Shown here one piece after another: positions 1 to 12,200 of a DNA stretch of 64,000 bases (the first letter of the stretch is position 1; the number at the start of each line of letters is the position of its first letter). The stretch spans positions 18,843,546 through 18,907,545 of the forward strand of contig CM119270.1 of the NCBI GenBank assembly GCA_051294375.1, written 5' to 3'. Made by a program: the position numbers and the translations under genes. The notes below the pieces were generated by a model. The model saw only the letters and a program-made list of their open reading frames with translations, was not told where the DNA came from and made no database searches. The stretch comes from Paraspadella gotoi. Lineage: Eukaryota; Animalia; Chaetognatha.

Positions 1-3000
1 TTCATCCTTATCTTTATCTGTCTTATTTTGTTTCTCTTCTTTTTCTTTATCCTCTGTTAATACAACTACTGGTATTATTTTTTCTTTTTCTTCATCTTTT
101 TCTTCTTCAGATTCTTCTATTTGTGTTTTCTTATCATCTCCATCCTTATCTTTCTCTGACTCTTTTTGTTTCTCTTTTTTTTCTTTATCCCCTGTTAATA
201 CAACTACTGCTGGTGTAATTTCTTCTTTTTTTTCATCTGTTTTTTCTTTAGTTTCTTCTCTTTGTGTTTTGTTATCATCTTCATCCTTATCTTTCTCTGA
301 CTCTTTTTGTTTCTCTTCCTTTTCTTTATCCTCTGGTAATACAACTACTGTTATTATTTCTTCTTTTTCTTCATCTGTTTTTTCTTCAGATTTTTCTATT
401 TGTGTTTTCTTATCATTTTCATCCTTATCTTTCTCTGACTCTATTTGTTTCTCTTCTTTATCTTTATCCTCTGTTAATACAACTACTGCTGGTGTAATTT
501 TTTCTTTTTCTTCATCTGTTTTTTCTTCAGTTTCTTCTATTTGTGTTTTCATATCATCCTCATCCTTATCTTTCTCTGACTCTTTCTGTTTCTTCTCTTT
601 TTCTTTATCCCCTGTTAATTCAACTACTGCTGGTGTAATTTCTTCTTTTGCTTCATCTGTTTTTTCTTCCGTTTCTTCTATTTGTATTTTCCTATCATAT
701 TTATCCTTATCTTTATCTGTCTTATTTTGTTTCTCTTCCTNNNNNNNNNNTGTATTTTCCTATCATCTTTATCCTTATCTTTATCTGTCTTATTTTGTTT
801 CTCTTCTTTTTCTTTATCCTCTGTTAATACAACTACTGGTATTTTTTTTTCTTTTTCTTCATCTGTTTTTTCTTCAGATTCTTTTATTTGTGTTTTCTTA
901 TCATCTTCATCCTTATCTTTCTCTGACTCTATTGTTTCTCTCTTTTCTTTATCCCTTGTTATACAACTACTGCTGGTGTAATTTCTTCTTTTTCTTTCAT
1001 CTGTTTTCCTTCCAGTTTCTTCTATTTGTGTTTTTTTATCATCTTCATCCTTTTCTTTCTCTGACTCTTTTTGTTTCTCTTCTTTATCTTTATCCTCTGT
1101 TAATACAACTCCTGTTGGCGTAATTTCTTCTTTTTCTTCATCTGTTTTTTTTATAGTTTCTTCTATTTGTGTTTTCTTATCATCTTCATCCTTATCCTTT
1201 TCATTTTGTTTCTCTTCTTTTTCTTTATCCTCTGTTAATACAACTACTGCTGGTGTAATTTCTTTTTTTTCTTCATCTGTTTTTTCTTCAGTTTTTTCCA
1301 TTTGTGTTTTCTTATCATCTTCATCTTTATCTTTCCCTGACTCTTTTTGTTTCTCTTCTTTTTCTTTATCCTCTTTTAATTCAACTACTGCTGGTGTAAT
1401 TTCTTCTTTTTCTTCATCTGTTTTTTCTTCAGTTTCTTTTATTTGTATTTTCTTATCATCTTCATTCTTATCTTTCTCTGACTCTTTTTGTTTCTCTTCT
1501 TTTTCTTTATCCTCTGTAAATACAACTACTGCTGGTCTAATTTCTTCTTTTTCTTCATCTGTTTTTTTTTCAGTTTCTTCTATTTGTATTTTCTTATCAT
1601 CTTCATCCTTATCTTTCTCTGACTCTTTTTGTTTCTCTTCTTTTTCTTTATCCTCTGTAAATACAACTACTGCTGGTGTAATTTCTTCTTTTTCTTCATC
1701 TGTTTTTTCTTTAGTTTCTTCTATTTGTATTTTCTTATCATCTTCATCCTGATTTTTCTCTGACTTTTTTTGTTCTTCTTCTTTTTCTTCATCTTCATTA
1801 GTAACCACTACTGCAACAACAATTTCTTCATTTTCTCCATCTTCTTTGTCTTGAGTTTCTCCTTTCTTTAATTCCTTAAGCTGTTCACCCTTATCTCCCT
1901 CATCTTTAGTTATAATTACTACTGCTGTAGTTTCATCCTCTTCATCTACTTCGTGTTCAATTTCTTTTTTCACTGATTCCTTATCATCTTCATCCTCATC
2001 TTTCTCTGACTCTTTTTGTTTCTTTTCCTCCTCATCTCCCTCAGTTATAACTACTGCTGCTGTAATTTCATCCTCTTCATCTACATTTTCTTCAATTTCT
2101 TCTTTCAGTGATTCCTTATCATCTTCATCCTTATCTTTCTCTGACTCTTTTTGATCCTCTTCTTTTTCTTCATCCTCTTTAGTTACAACTACTGCTGCTG
2201 TAATTTCATCCTCTTCATCTACATTTTCTTCAATTTCTTTTTTCAGTGATTCCTTATCATCTTCATCCTTATCTATCTCTGACTGTTTTTGTTTCTTTTC
2301 TTCCTTATCTTCATCCTCTTTATTAACAACTACTGCTGCTGTAGTTTCATCCTCTTTGTCTACTTTTTTTTCTGTTTCACCTTTCAGTGATTCCTTATCA
2401 TCTTTATCCTTATCTTTCTCTGACTCTTTTTGTTTTTCTTCTTCCTTATCTTCATCCTCTTTAGTTACAACTACTCCTGCTGTACTTTTATCCTCCTCCC
2501 CATCTGCTTTTTTTTCAGTGTCTTCTTTATGTGATTCCTTATCATCTTTAACCTTATCTTTCTCTGACTCTTTTGGTTTCTCTTCTTTGTCTTTATCCTC
2601 TTTAGTTGAAACTACTACTGCAGCTGTCTTTTCATCCTCTTCATCTATTTTTACTTCAGTTTCTTTTTTCTCAGATTCCCTATCTTTTTCTTCATCCTTA
2701 TCTTTCTCCCCCTCTTTTTGATTGTCTTCTTTTTTTTCTTCATCCTCTTTAGTTACAACTACTGCTGCTGTAATTTCTTCCTCTTCAGCTACCTTTACTT
2801 CAGTTTTTCCTTTTTCTGATTCCTTATCATCTTCACCACTTTCTTTCTCTTGTTTATCTTCTTGTTTTTCTTTATCCTCTTTAGTTACAACAACTGCTCC
2901 AATTATTTCATCCTCTTCCACATCATCTTTTTCATCAGTTTTTCCTTTCCCGGATTCTTTATCATCTTCACTTTTATCTTTCTCTGCTTCCTTTTGTTTT

Positions 3001-5150
3001 TCTTCATCTTGTTCTTTATCCTCTTCAGTTACAAATAATGCTGCTGTAGTTTCATACTTTTCTCCATCATCTTTTTCATCAGTTTCTACTTTTCCCGATT
3101 CTTTATCATCTTCACTTTTATTTTTCTCTGCTTCTTTTTGTTTTTCTTCATCTTTTTCTTTATCCTCTTCAGTTACAATTAATGTTGCCATAGTTTCATC
3201 CTCTTCCCCATCATCTTTTTCATCAGTTTCTTCTTTCCCTGATTCTTTATCATCTTCACCCTTATCTTTATCTGACTCTTTTTTTTCATCTTCTTTTTTT
3301 CCTTTATCTTCTTTAGTTACAAGTACCTCTGGTATCATTTCCTCTTCTTCATCATCTTTTTTATCTGTTTCTCCTTTTTTTGATTCCTTATCATCTTCAG
3401 TTTTATCTTTCTCTTCCTTTTTTTGTTTCTTTTTTTCTTTTTCTATATCCTCTCTTGTTAGAATTCCTGCTTCTGTAATATCATCTACTTTTTCTTCAGT
3501 TTCTCCTTTCTCTTCACCTACATCTTTCGCTGACTCTTTTTTATTTTTTTCTTCTTCCTGTTCATCTTCTTTTCTTAAAACAACTGATGTTGTAATTTCA
3601 TCTTCATCTATATCTCCTTCTACTTTTTTAGTTTCTCCATTTTGTGATTTGTTATCATCCTCACCCTTATTTTTCTCTGACTCTTGTTGTTCATCTTTTT
3701 TTTCTTTATCCTCTTTAGTTACAATTACTACTGGTATTATTTCCTCCTCTATATCATCTTTTTCATCAATTTCTCCTTTCTTTAATTTGTTATCATTTTC
3801 ACTTTTATCTTTCTTTCCTTCTTTTTCTGTATCCTCTTCAGTTATAACTACTTCTGCTGTAGTTTCATCCTCTTCATTTTCTTTTTCTTCAGTTTCTCCT
3901 TTCTCAGATTCCCTGTCATCTTTTTCATCCTTACCTTTCTCTGACTCTTTTTGATCCTCTTCTTTGTCTTCATCCTCTTTAGTTACAACTACAGCTGTTG
4001 TAGTTTTATCCTCTTCATCTACTTTTTCTTCAGTTTCTCCTTTCTCGGATTCCTTATTATCTTCTTCATCCTTATCTTTCTCGGACTCTTTTTGATCCTC
4101 TTCTTTTTCTTTATCCTCTTTAGTTACAACTACTGCTGCTCTTGTTTCATCCCCCTCCCTTTCTGCTTTTTCTTCATTGTCTTCTTTCTGTGATTCCTTA
4201 TTATCTTTACCCTTAACTTTCTCCGACCCCTTGTGTTCCTCTGCTTTTTCTTCATCCTCTTTAGTTACAACTACTGATGTTCTAATTTCATCCTCTTCCC
4301 CATTTTCTTTTTTCTCAGATTTTGCTTTCACCTCTTTCTCCTCATCTTTCTTTGACTCTTGTTGTTTATCTTTTTTTTCCTTATCCTCTTTAGTTACAAC
4401 TACTACAGGTATCATTTCATCTTCTTCATCATCTTTTTCATCAGTTTCTTCTTTTTTTGATACCTTATCATCTCTACTTTTATCTTTCTCTTTTTGTTTT
4501 TCTTCATTCTCTTCCTTCCTCTTTCAGTTACAACTACTGCTGCTGCTGTAGTTTCATTCCTCTTCCCCATCATTTCTTTTCTCCTTAGTTTCTCCTTTCC
4601 CCCCTTTTTTATCATCTTCACTTTATCTTTCTCTGTTTCTTTTTGTTTTTCTTCATCTTTTTCTTTATCCTCTTCAGTTACAACTACTGCTTGCTGTAGT
4701 TTCATCCTCTTCCCCATCATCTTTTTCCTTAGTTTCTCCTTTCCCCCCTTTTTTATCATCTTCACTTTTATCTTTCTCTGTTTCTTTTTGTTTTTCTTCA
4801 TCTTTTTCTTTATCCTCTTCAGTTACAACTACTGCTGCTGTAGTTTCATCCTCTTCCCCATCATCTTTTTCCTCAGTTTCTCCTTTCCCTGAATTTTTAT
4901 CATCTTCACTTTTATTTTTCTCTGTTTCTTTTTGTTTTTCTTCATCTTTTTCTTTATCCTCTTCAGTTACAACTACTGCTGCTGTAGTTTCATCCTCTTC
5001 CCCATCATCTTTTTCCTCAGTTTCTCCTTTCCCCGATTCTTTATCATCTTCACTTTTATCTTTCTCTTCTTCTTTTTGTTTTTCTTCATCTTTTTCTTTA
5101 TTCTCTTCAGTTACAACTAATGCTGCTGTAGATTCATCCTCTTCCCCATC
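1..5150 (-). repeat. Coding tandem array of 138-144-nt (46-48 aa) units, roughly 35 copies
   Basis: Anchor caactactg recurs at 63, 201, 342, 480, 621... (138/141-nt spacing) and at 144-nt spacing near 4826/4970. Consensus near the window start: ITPAVVVLTEDKEKEEKQKESEKDKDEDDKKTQIEETEEKTDEEKEE. Confidence 0.95.
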
Positions 5151-6253
5151 TTTTTTGTCAGTTTCTTCTTTCCCTGATTCATTATCATCTTCACCCTTCT
5201 TTGACTCTTTTGGCTCACCTTCTACATTTTCTTTATCCTCTATCACTACGACTGCTGCTGCTTTAGCTTCATCCTCTTCTTCTTTTTTCGTTACAAGCAC
5301 TACATCCGTTTTTACTCTTTTATCTTCCTCTCCCTCTCCCTCTGATTTTTCTTTTTTTTCTTTTTCTTCAGATTCTTCAGACTTTCCTTCTTCACCTTTT
5401 TCTGTTATAACTTCTTCAGTTAAAGTTATTTCTTTTTCACCATCTTCTTTTTGGCTTGTTTTTTTTACTAGAGGTTGTTCCTCCTTTTCATCATCTTTTT
5501 TTTCTGTCCTTTTATCATCTTCTGTTACTGCTTCCGTTGTTTTATCTTCTCCTTTATCTTCGTCTTTTTTTGAATAACCAATACCACTTTCTTCTTCCAC
5601 TGATTCACCTTCAGATTTTTTATCAGATTCATTTATTGACCCAACTTCTTTCTGAACTATATCTTCTTCTCCTTTTTGATTTGCTTTTTCTTTTTCTTCT
5701 TGCTTCCCTGTAATTTTTTCTTCTTCCACATCTGCTTTTTCCTTTGATACTTTTTCATTTTCTTTTCCTTCTCCAGTATCTTCATCTTCTTTCGAATATC
5801 CGATACCATCTTTTTCTTTTAAGTCTTCATCTTTTGTCTCATTTTCCTTGGTTTTTTTTTCTACGTTTTTTCCCCCGTGTGTCACAACTGCTACCACAGG
5901 TATAATTTTTTCTTCTTCCACATCTGCTTTTTCCTTTGATACTTTTTCATTTTCTTTTCCTTCTCCTGTATCTTCATCTTCTTTCGAATATCCGACTTCA
6001 TCTTTCGTCTTATTTTGCTCGGTTTTTGAAGTTGATTGATTTTTTTCTAAGTTTTTTCCCCCATGTGTCACAACTGCTACCACAGGTATAATTATTTCTT
6101 CTGCCACCTCTTCTTTTTCTGTTTGTGTTTCTTTTTCTTCCTTTTCTGAATCACTTTCATTTTCCATTGGATCTAAAACACTTTCCCTATCCTCAATGTC
6201 TTTGTCTTCTTTTTCTTTTTCTCCTGCTGTTTCTGAATCCTTTTCTGTCATTT
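1..6253 (-). CDS. Giant exon encoding >2000 aa of Glu/Lys/Asp-rich low-complexity repeats; continues beyond the window start
   Basis: Acceptor ttttgttccttacatag|AA ATG ACA is phase 1, in frame with the preceding FN3-5 exon. ORFs 4674-6251 (525 aa) and 678-4415 (1245 aa) carry the same repeat, and it also reads in 1-740. Breaks near 4510-4690, 960-995 and the 741-750 N gap look like indel or gap artefacts. Confidence 0.8.
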
Positions 6254-9200
6254 CTATGTAAGGAACAAAAACTGCATTTTCTTCAGCTTTATTATTTTAA
6301 TTTGAGTGAACATAATTGTAGGGACATCATTCATGCATTGATGGGTTTAAAAAAAGAACCATGCTTGTAAAAATATTTAAACTGAAGAAAAACTTAAAAC
6401 AAAAAGACTCATCGAGCCCTCACCTCCAGAAAATATTTATAAATAAATGATAAAAAGTCTAAAATAAGTTTTAGCATATTTACTTAATTTAGAGATTTGA
6501 GATAAGCAACAAACTGTAATGAGGTCTCGATTGAACAACAAACTTTTTCTTTAACTAACTCTTTAACTAACTCTGCCTACTATTTTTTCCGCATTTGAAC
6601 TTACCTTCGCCCGTGGTGACGATGTACTGTTCCTGCGACTTCTTCATCGCTTGCGGTCCGTTGGAGGCGACCACTCTGACTGCGTAGGCCGTTCCAGGCT
6701 CCAAACCCTTCAACTCAACGAAGGGAGACCCCACCGGGTCCATCACTTCGACTCGTTTCCAGTCTTCCGCATCTGAAAAGGGGAATGGTTGAGAGTGGTT
6801 TAAGGTGGTTTAAGGTGGTTTTAAGAAGAATTGGTAGGTGAAAGTTTAAATATTTTTATTCACGCGTAAAACCACTCCAAAAAAATTAATTTCTTAGAAT
6901 ATTATATCAACTCGGGCGAGGCAGCCTGCAATCTTTTGTTTTATTTTCATAAGGATTTTTCCAAACAACAGAGGACGAAACGAAACAGCTTTAGTACCAA
7001 GGAGGGTGTGAGCAACAAATGAACAGCAACTTTGAAGAACTAATATGTAACGTAAAAAAACCTGTTTGACACTTCAAAATAATTAAAAACGTGAATTAAT
7101 TTTCAAGAATTATTTTATGACTAATCAAAAAATTACTTGTTAATTAAATTCAAAATTTATCATACCCGATTCGTCTTAAAACCCGATTGAAAACAAAAAG
7201 ATTGAGGAAATTTAGAAAAGACTCCCTGCCGTCTCTCTCTCTCTTTCACTTCTCTCTCTCTTTCTCCTCTCTCTCTCTTCGTCTCTTCTCTCTCTCTTCT
7301 CTCTCTCTCTCTCTCATCTCTCAACTAGTTAATACTCACTAAAGTGTTTGATCTCGACAAAGAAGTTGCTGCCCGGATTGTCCGACTGCGCGGGATTTAC
7401 GGAGACGTTGAGGGTCTTGTCGGACACTTGGTGGATTTCGAAGGCGGCCTCGTCGGGCGGGGAGGTCACAGTCGTCGTAGACTCGATGAAAAACTCTTTG
7501 CCTGAATGGTAATTAATTAAATAATAATTAATTATTGAACGGAAAGAAACGGATGCAACTTGGATTTTTAAGTATAAATTAATACGTATTAGTAGAAACA
7601 AATTATCCGTTGGTAAACATTGGTTATTTTATTTAGAAAAAATAAACAGAGAGAGAGAGAGAGNNNNNNNNNNNNNNNNNNNNNNNNNNNNNNNNNNNNN
7701 NNNNNNNNNNNNNNNNNNNNNNNNNNNNNNNNNNNNNNNNNNNNNNNNNNNNNNNNNNNNNNNNNNNNNNNNNNNNNNNNNNNNNNNNNNNNNNNNNNNN
7801 NNNNNNNNNNNNNNNNNTTTCAAGTTCCTCCTTTTCTCATTGCTTACATTTTATTAAAAGTAGGTTTAAATCTTAAACTCAAACAGTCCCTTACCCTGAC
7901 TGACTCATCCTCCCAAACTTACCCTCCCCGACGGAAGTGTAGGCCGCCATGGTGATTCTGTACTTGGTCTTCTCCTTCAGACCCGTGAGTCTCAACGAGT
8001 TCGTCGTGGGTGGAATCGGTGAATCGAAGGTGAGTTCGTTGGCCAAAGTGAAGCCTTGGACTGGAATGCGGGTAAGTGAGGTGAGGAGGAGAAGAAAGGG
8101 ACGGGAGTTAAAGAATGAGGGAAAGGAGAGGGAGAACGTGGTGGGAGGGGGCGAATTGGGGCGGAGGGGGAAGTGGGGGAGGGGAGAGGTGGGGAGGGGA
8201 GAAGTGGGAGGAGAGAAGTGGGGAGGGGAGAAGTGGGGGAAGGGAAGAAGTGGGGGGAAGGAGAAGTGGGGCGGAGGGGAGAAGTGGGGGAGGGAAAAAG
8301 GGAGGCGAAGGGTAGAAGTTGGGCGGGAGAGGAAAAGAGGGGGAGTCGAGAAAGGAGAGGGGTGGGAAAGGAAGAGGAAGAAAGGGTTGGAAAGGAAAGG
8401 TTGGAAAGTGAAGGGGGAGGGGAGAGAAAGGGAAACAAGATAAAGGAGGTCGGAAAGGAAAATGGGAAAGAAAAGGGGAAAGAAAGGGAGAATGGAAAAG
8501 AAAAGGAAAAGGGGAAAGGAAAGAAAAGGGGAAAGGAAAGGAAAAGAAAGAAGCATAAGATAAATGGTGGCAAAAATAAAAAAAAAACGAAGAAAAAAGG
8601 AGAGAACAAATAATAATAAGGCATCGTTGAAAAGGATTTAGGTCACTTTGTAAAACAAAAAAAAAGAAGAAAGACAACATATTATCAAAATGAGGTCAAA
8701 AACTATTTAAACTATAAAAACTATCCTTTTGTTCAAAAATGTAATTTGACAATAAAACCTCAATTTCCCCCAAAATTCTTCCTCCTCGGTTCCTCACCTT
8801 CTGAATATCGAAGTCGGTAGCCGTGCAGTTCCCCGTTGGGATCCTTGGGGGTTTTCCACGTGACCTTGAACTGATCCAAACCCACGGGGGTGGCCCGGAG
8901 TTTGACGACGGGGCCGGGCCGACCCTCGGGGGTTCGAACTTTGACCCGATTCGACGCTTCAGATTCGTAGCGCGAGTTTCGAACGCGGATCTGACGGGGA
9001 GATTGGGTTGAGAACTTAGATTCAGTATATTTAATTTAATTTAATATTAGATTGTTAGTCGTGATATCAAAATATAGATAAAAACTCAGCTGATTATTAT
9101 TCATTTCACAGTCGCCTTAGTGTGACGGAATTAACTCCGGTCAAAAACGTCTAAAATGAGTATATACTGTTGCTCAATTTTCAAAGAAATTATGAATGAA

Positions 9201-12200
9201 AATTAGTCAGGTGACTAATCACAAAATTAAATAAAGTATATAAATGTAAAAGAACCTTCGAACAATCCATATTCAAGAAATAAAATGTTCGTAAAACGTA
9301 ACGTGTTAATATTAAAAAAAATGGACGGGAATTATATTATATTTGGTTGAATAAATCCTAGTTATAAAAAGTCGAAATATTTATTTTTTGGGCCTACTGA
9401 AATATGTAAATGAAAGTAAAACATAAAACAAAATAATCAATTTTTAAATACGAAATATAAAGAAACATTAATTCACGCGCATGTCTCATAAAAAAAAAAT
9501 TCCCAGTTCCTCTCCCAAACCTCACAAACCTCACCACCCCCCGACTCACCTGCAGCACGATGTTGGAGTAAGGCTTCAACAGAGTCACCGACCCAGACTC
9601 GATGTCCTCGAAGGGAAAGTCATGCTCCTCCATCGACGCCTCCCCTTCCTCCTCCACCCAAAATTGAATCTTGTAGCCGACGGGTTTTCCTCGCAACGAA
9701 ACCCGCGCGGCCACGGCGCGTACCATGTGCAATTGGTCGTGGCGTGGGGTGATGGGCCGCAGAGCATTCGAAGGTTCGCCGAGGGCGGGATTGGGGCATG
9801 ATTTAGGGGGGAGTTAGGGAAAGAGGGTTGGTTGCAATTCTCGTGTTGATTGTGCTGTTGGCTGTTATCTGTATCTTTGGCTTCTCCTTTTCCCTGTCGG
9901 TTTCGACTTATTCTTTTATTATTTTTATTTCAATTCTTAATTTGTAATTAATTATTATCTCTTTGTTACGGGTGGTTTTATTTTCTCATCTCCATTACAA
10001 GAATGCGCGACTCACTGGCTTCGCCCGAATGTCCGGTCTTCACTGTAGCGACCTCTTTGGATTGACCCAAATTGTTGTGGGCGATGACCATGACGTCGAA
10101 GGGGACGTAGGTCGGTTGGTTGGGGACCATCAGCTGTCGTGGGGTGAGGGAGGAATGTGAAAAGGGTAAGGTCAGGTGGAAGAAATGGTAAGTTAATAAA
10201 TAATAATTAAGATGACAACCGGTAAATTCTAGAGGACATCAATGACGCCAACGAAAACAAAAACGATAAAAGCGAGTTGACAACAAAAGAAAAGTTGTCC
10301 AAAAAAAAAAATGGTAAAAATGAAAAAAAAAAAAGAAAAAATATTAACAAAGACACAGATTCAAAACAATCAACAACAAAAACAATTGAAGCAAAAAGGG
10401 ACGACGAAAACAACGACTACAATTGCAACCACGGGGTCAGCAACGAGCGCAGAACAACAACAACGACAACAGCCACGCCCACTGCACCTGAGATTCCATC
10501 GGATTGGCGATTCTCATTGTCTCCCACGCAGGTTTCGGTTCTTCGTCGCTTCGTCTATATTTGACGATATAATGGAATCCTGGGCCGTTTTGTTCGATCT
10601 TTGGCATCGGCTGGTAATTTGAAAAAATAGAGNNNNNNNNNNNNNNNNNNNNNNNNNNNNNNNNNNNNNNNNNNNNNNNNNNNNNNNNNNNNNNNNNNNN
10701 NNNNNNNNNNNNNNNNNNNNNNNNNNNNNNNNNNNNNNNNNNNNNNNNNNNNNNNNNNNNNNNNNNNNNNNNNNNNNNNNNNNNNNNNNNNNNNNNNNNN
10801 NNNNNNNNNNNNNNNNNNNNNNNNNNNNNNNNNNNNNNNNNNNNNNNNNNNNNNNNNNNNNNNNNNNNNNNNNNNNNNGGAATGGTTTCCTTCTCTTAAC
10901 TTTTCTTTTTTACTCTCTACACTTTTCTTTTCTTCTCTTTTCTTCTCTTCTGTTCTGTTCTGTTCTGTTCTCTTCTCTTCTCTTCTCTTCTCTTCTCTTC
11001 TCTTCTCTTCTCTTCTCTTCTCTTCTCTTCTCTTCTCTTTTCTTCTCTTCTGTTTCCTTCTTTTCTCTTCTCTTTTCTTCTCTTATCTTCTTATCTTTTA
11101 TTTTCCAATGTCTTACTCCGATTCCCAATTCAAGTTTCTACCTTCTCCTATTTTCTCAACTCCTCTCTCTCCCCCCCCAAACCCAAAATCCTCTCACCTC
11201 CAACTGATGACATGTTGTCGGGGCTGACTGCTTCCCTTCACCCCCGGATTCTGTCCGGAGGTGTCGGGCGGGTGGCGCAGATCTTGGAAGGAGCCGATCC
11301 TCGACACCCCGAGCGTGCGCGAAGACACGGAAGGTGTAGTCGCCCAAGGGAGAGCTCCACTTCTCGCTGGAGGTGTCCGCTTGGATGTCCCGTGTCCAGG
11401 TTCTTCCAATCGTCTTTATAGGGTAGACGAGGGGGTTGGGGCGGAGGGGGCGATGAGGGTGGCAGAGAGGAAGGGGGAGAGAAGGAGAGGAAGAAAGCAA
11501 TGGAAGCCGAAAAGGGAAAGGAAAGGGAAGGAAAAGGAGGAAAGTAATGAAGAAGAAAAGGAAAGAAATGAAGGGAAGGAAAGGAAAGGAGGAATGAAAG
11601 AAGAAAAGGGAGGGAAAATGAAAAAATTAGAAAAGGAAAGGAAAGGATAGGAAAGAAAAGGAAAGGATAGAAAGTAAAGGATAGGAAAGGAAAGGAAAGC
11701 AAAAATAGGAGATAATAAAAAATCAACGCAATTTAAAAAAAAAAAAAAAACTTTTTATTAAAAAGTCTTCTAATATAAAATAAACCTACGTCGTTACGGA
11801 CTAATGTGATTTAAAGTCATTGTTAAATATTACTATAATCGTCAGCTTAAGTTCGTATAGTAAGATAGTAATCGATCGCTGTAGAATCGATCTCGCCTCA
11901 CCAGGATCGAGGATGTGTTTGGACTGAATGATGTAGTTGAGAACGGGATCGACCGTCGCCTCCGGGTTTCCAGGGATCAGCGCCTCTCGCGCGCGGCACT
12001 GGAGGATCTCGGGATTCCAGGCGGCTGCGATGTCAGATGAAGGTGGGGAAGTTAGGTGAAATTTAATAAGAAATTTAAATATATTAAGTTAATATTTTAT
12101 CGTTGCGGTAAAAATAATCTAAGTATCAAATGACGTAAAAATTTAATGTTCCTTTTCGCATTCAAAGTTTCTGACGACATTGAGTCCAGTCTCTTCGGAG

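Noticed and set aside
661-810. Stop codon terminating the giant ORF at 678
   Set aside because: Caused by the arbitrary 10-N gap with overlapping duplicated flanks; the repeat frame continues to position 1.
264-6370. Plus-strand Ser/Phe/Leu-rich ORFs (e.g. 269-1123, 2722-3954)
   Set aside because: Antisense shadows of the minus-strand E/K/D repeat exon, with no independent support.
9550-12024. Neuroglian-like gene as a pseudogene because of frameshifts in three exons
   Set aside because: Indels cluster in patches while neighbouring exons and splice sites are intact, and the same indel noise separates duplicated copies elsewhere. Sequencing error is more likely, though this needs polishing to confirm.
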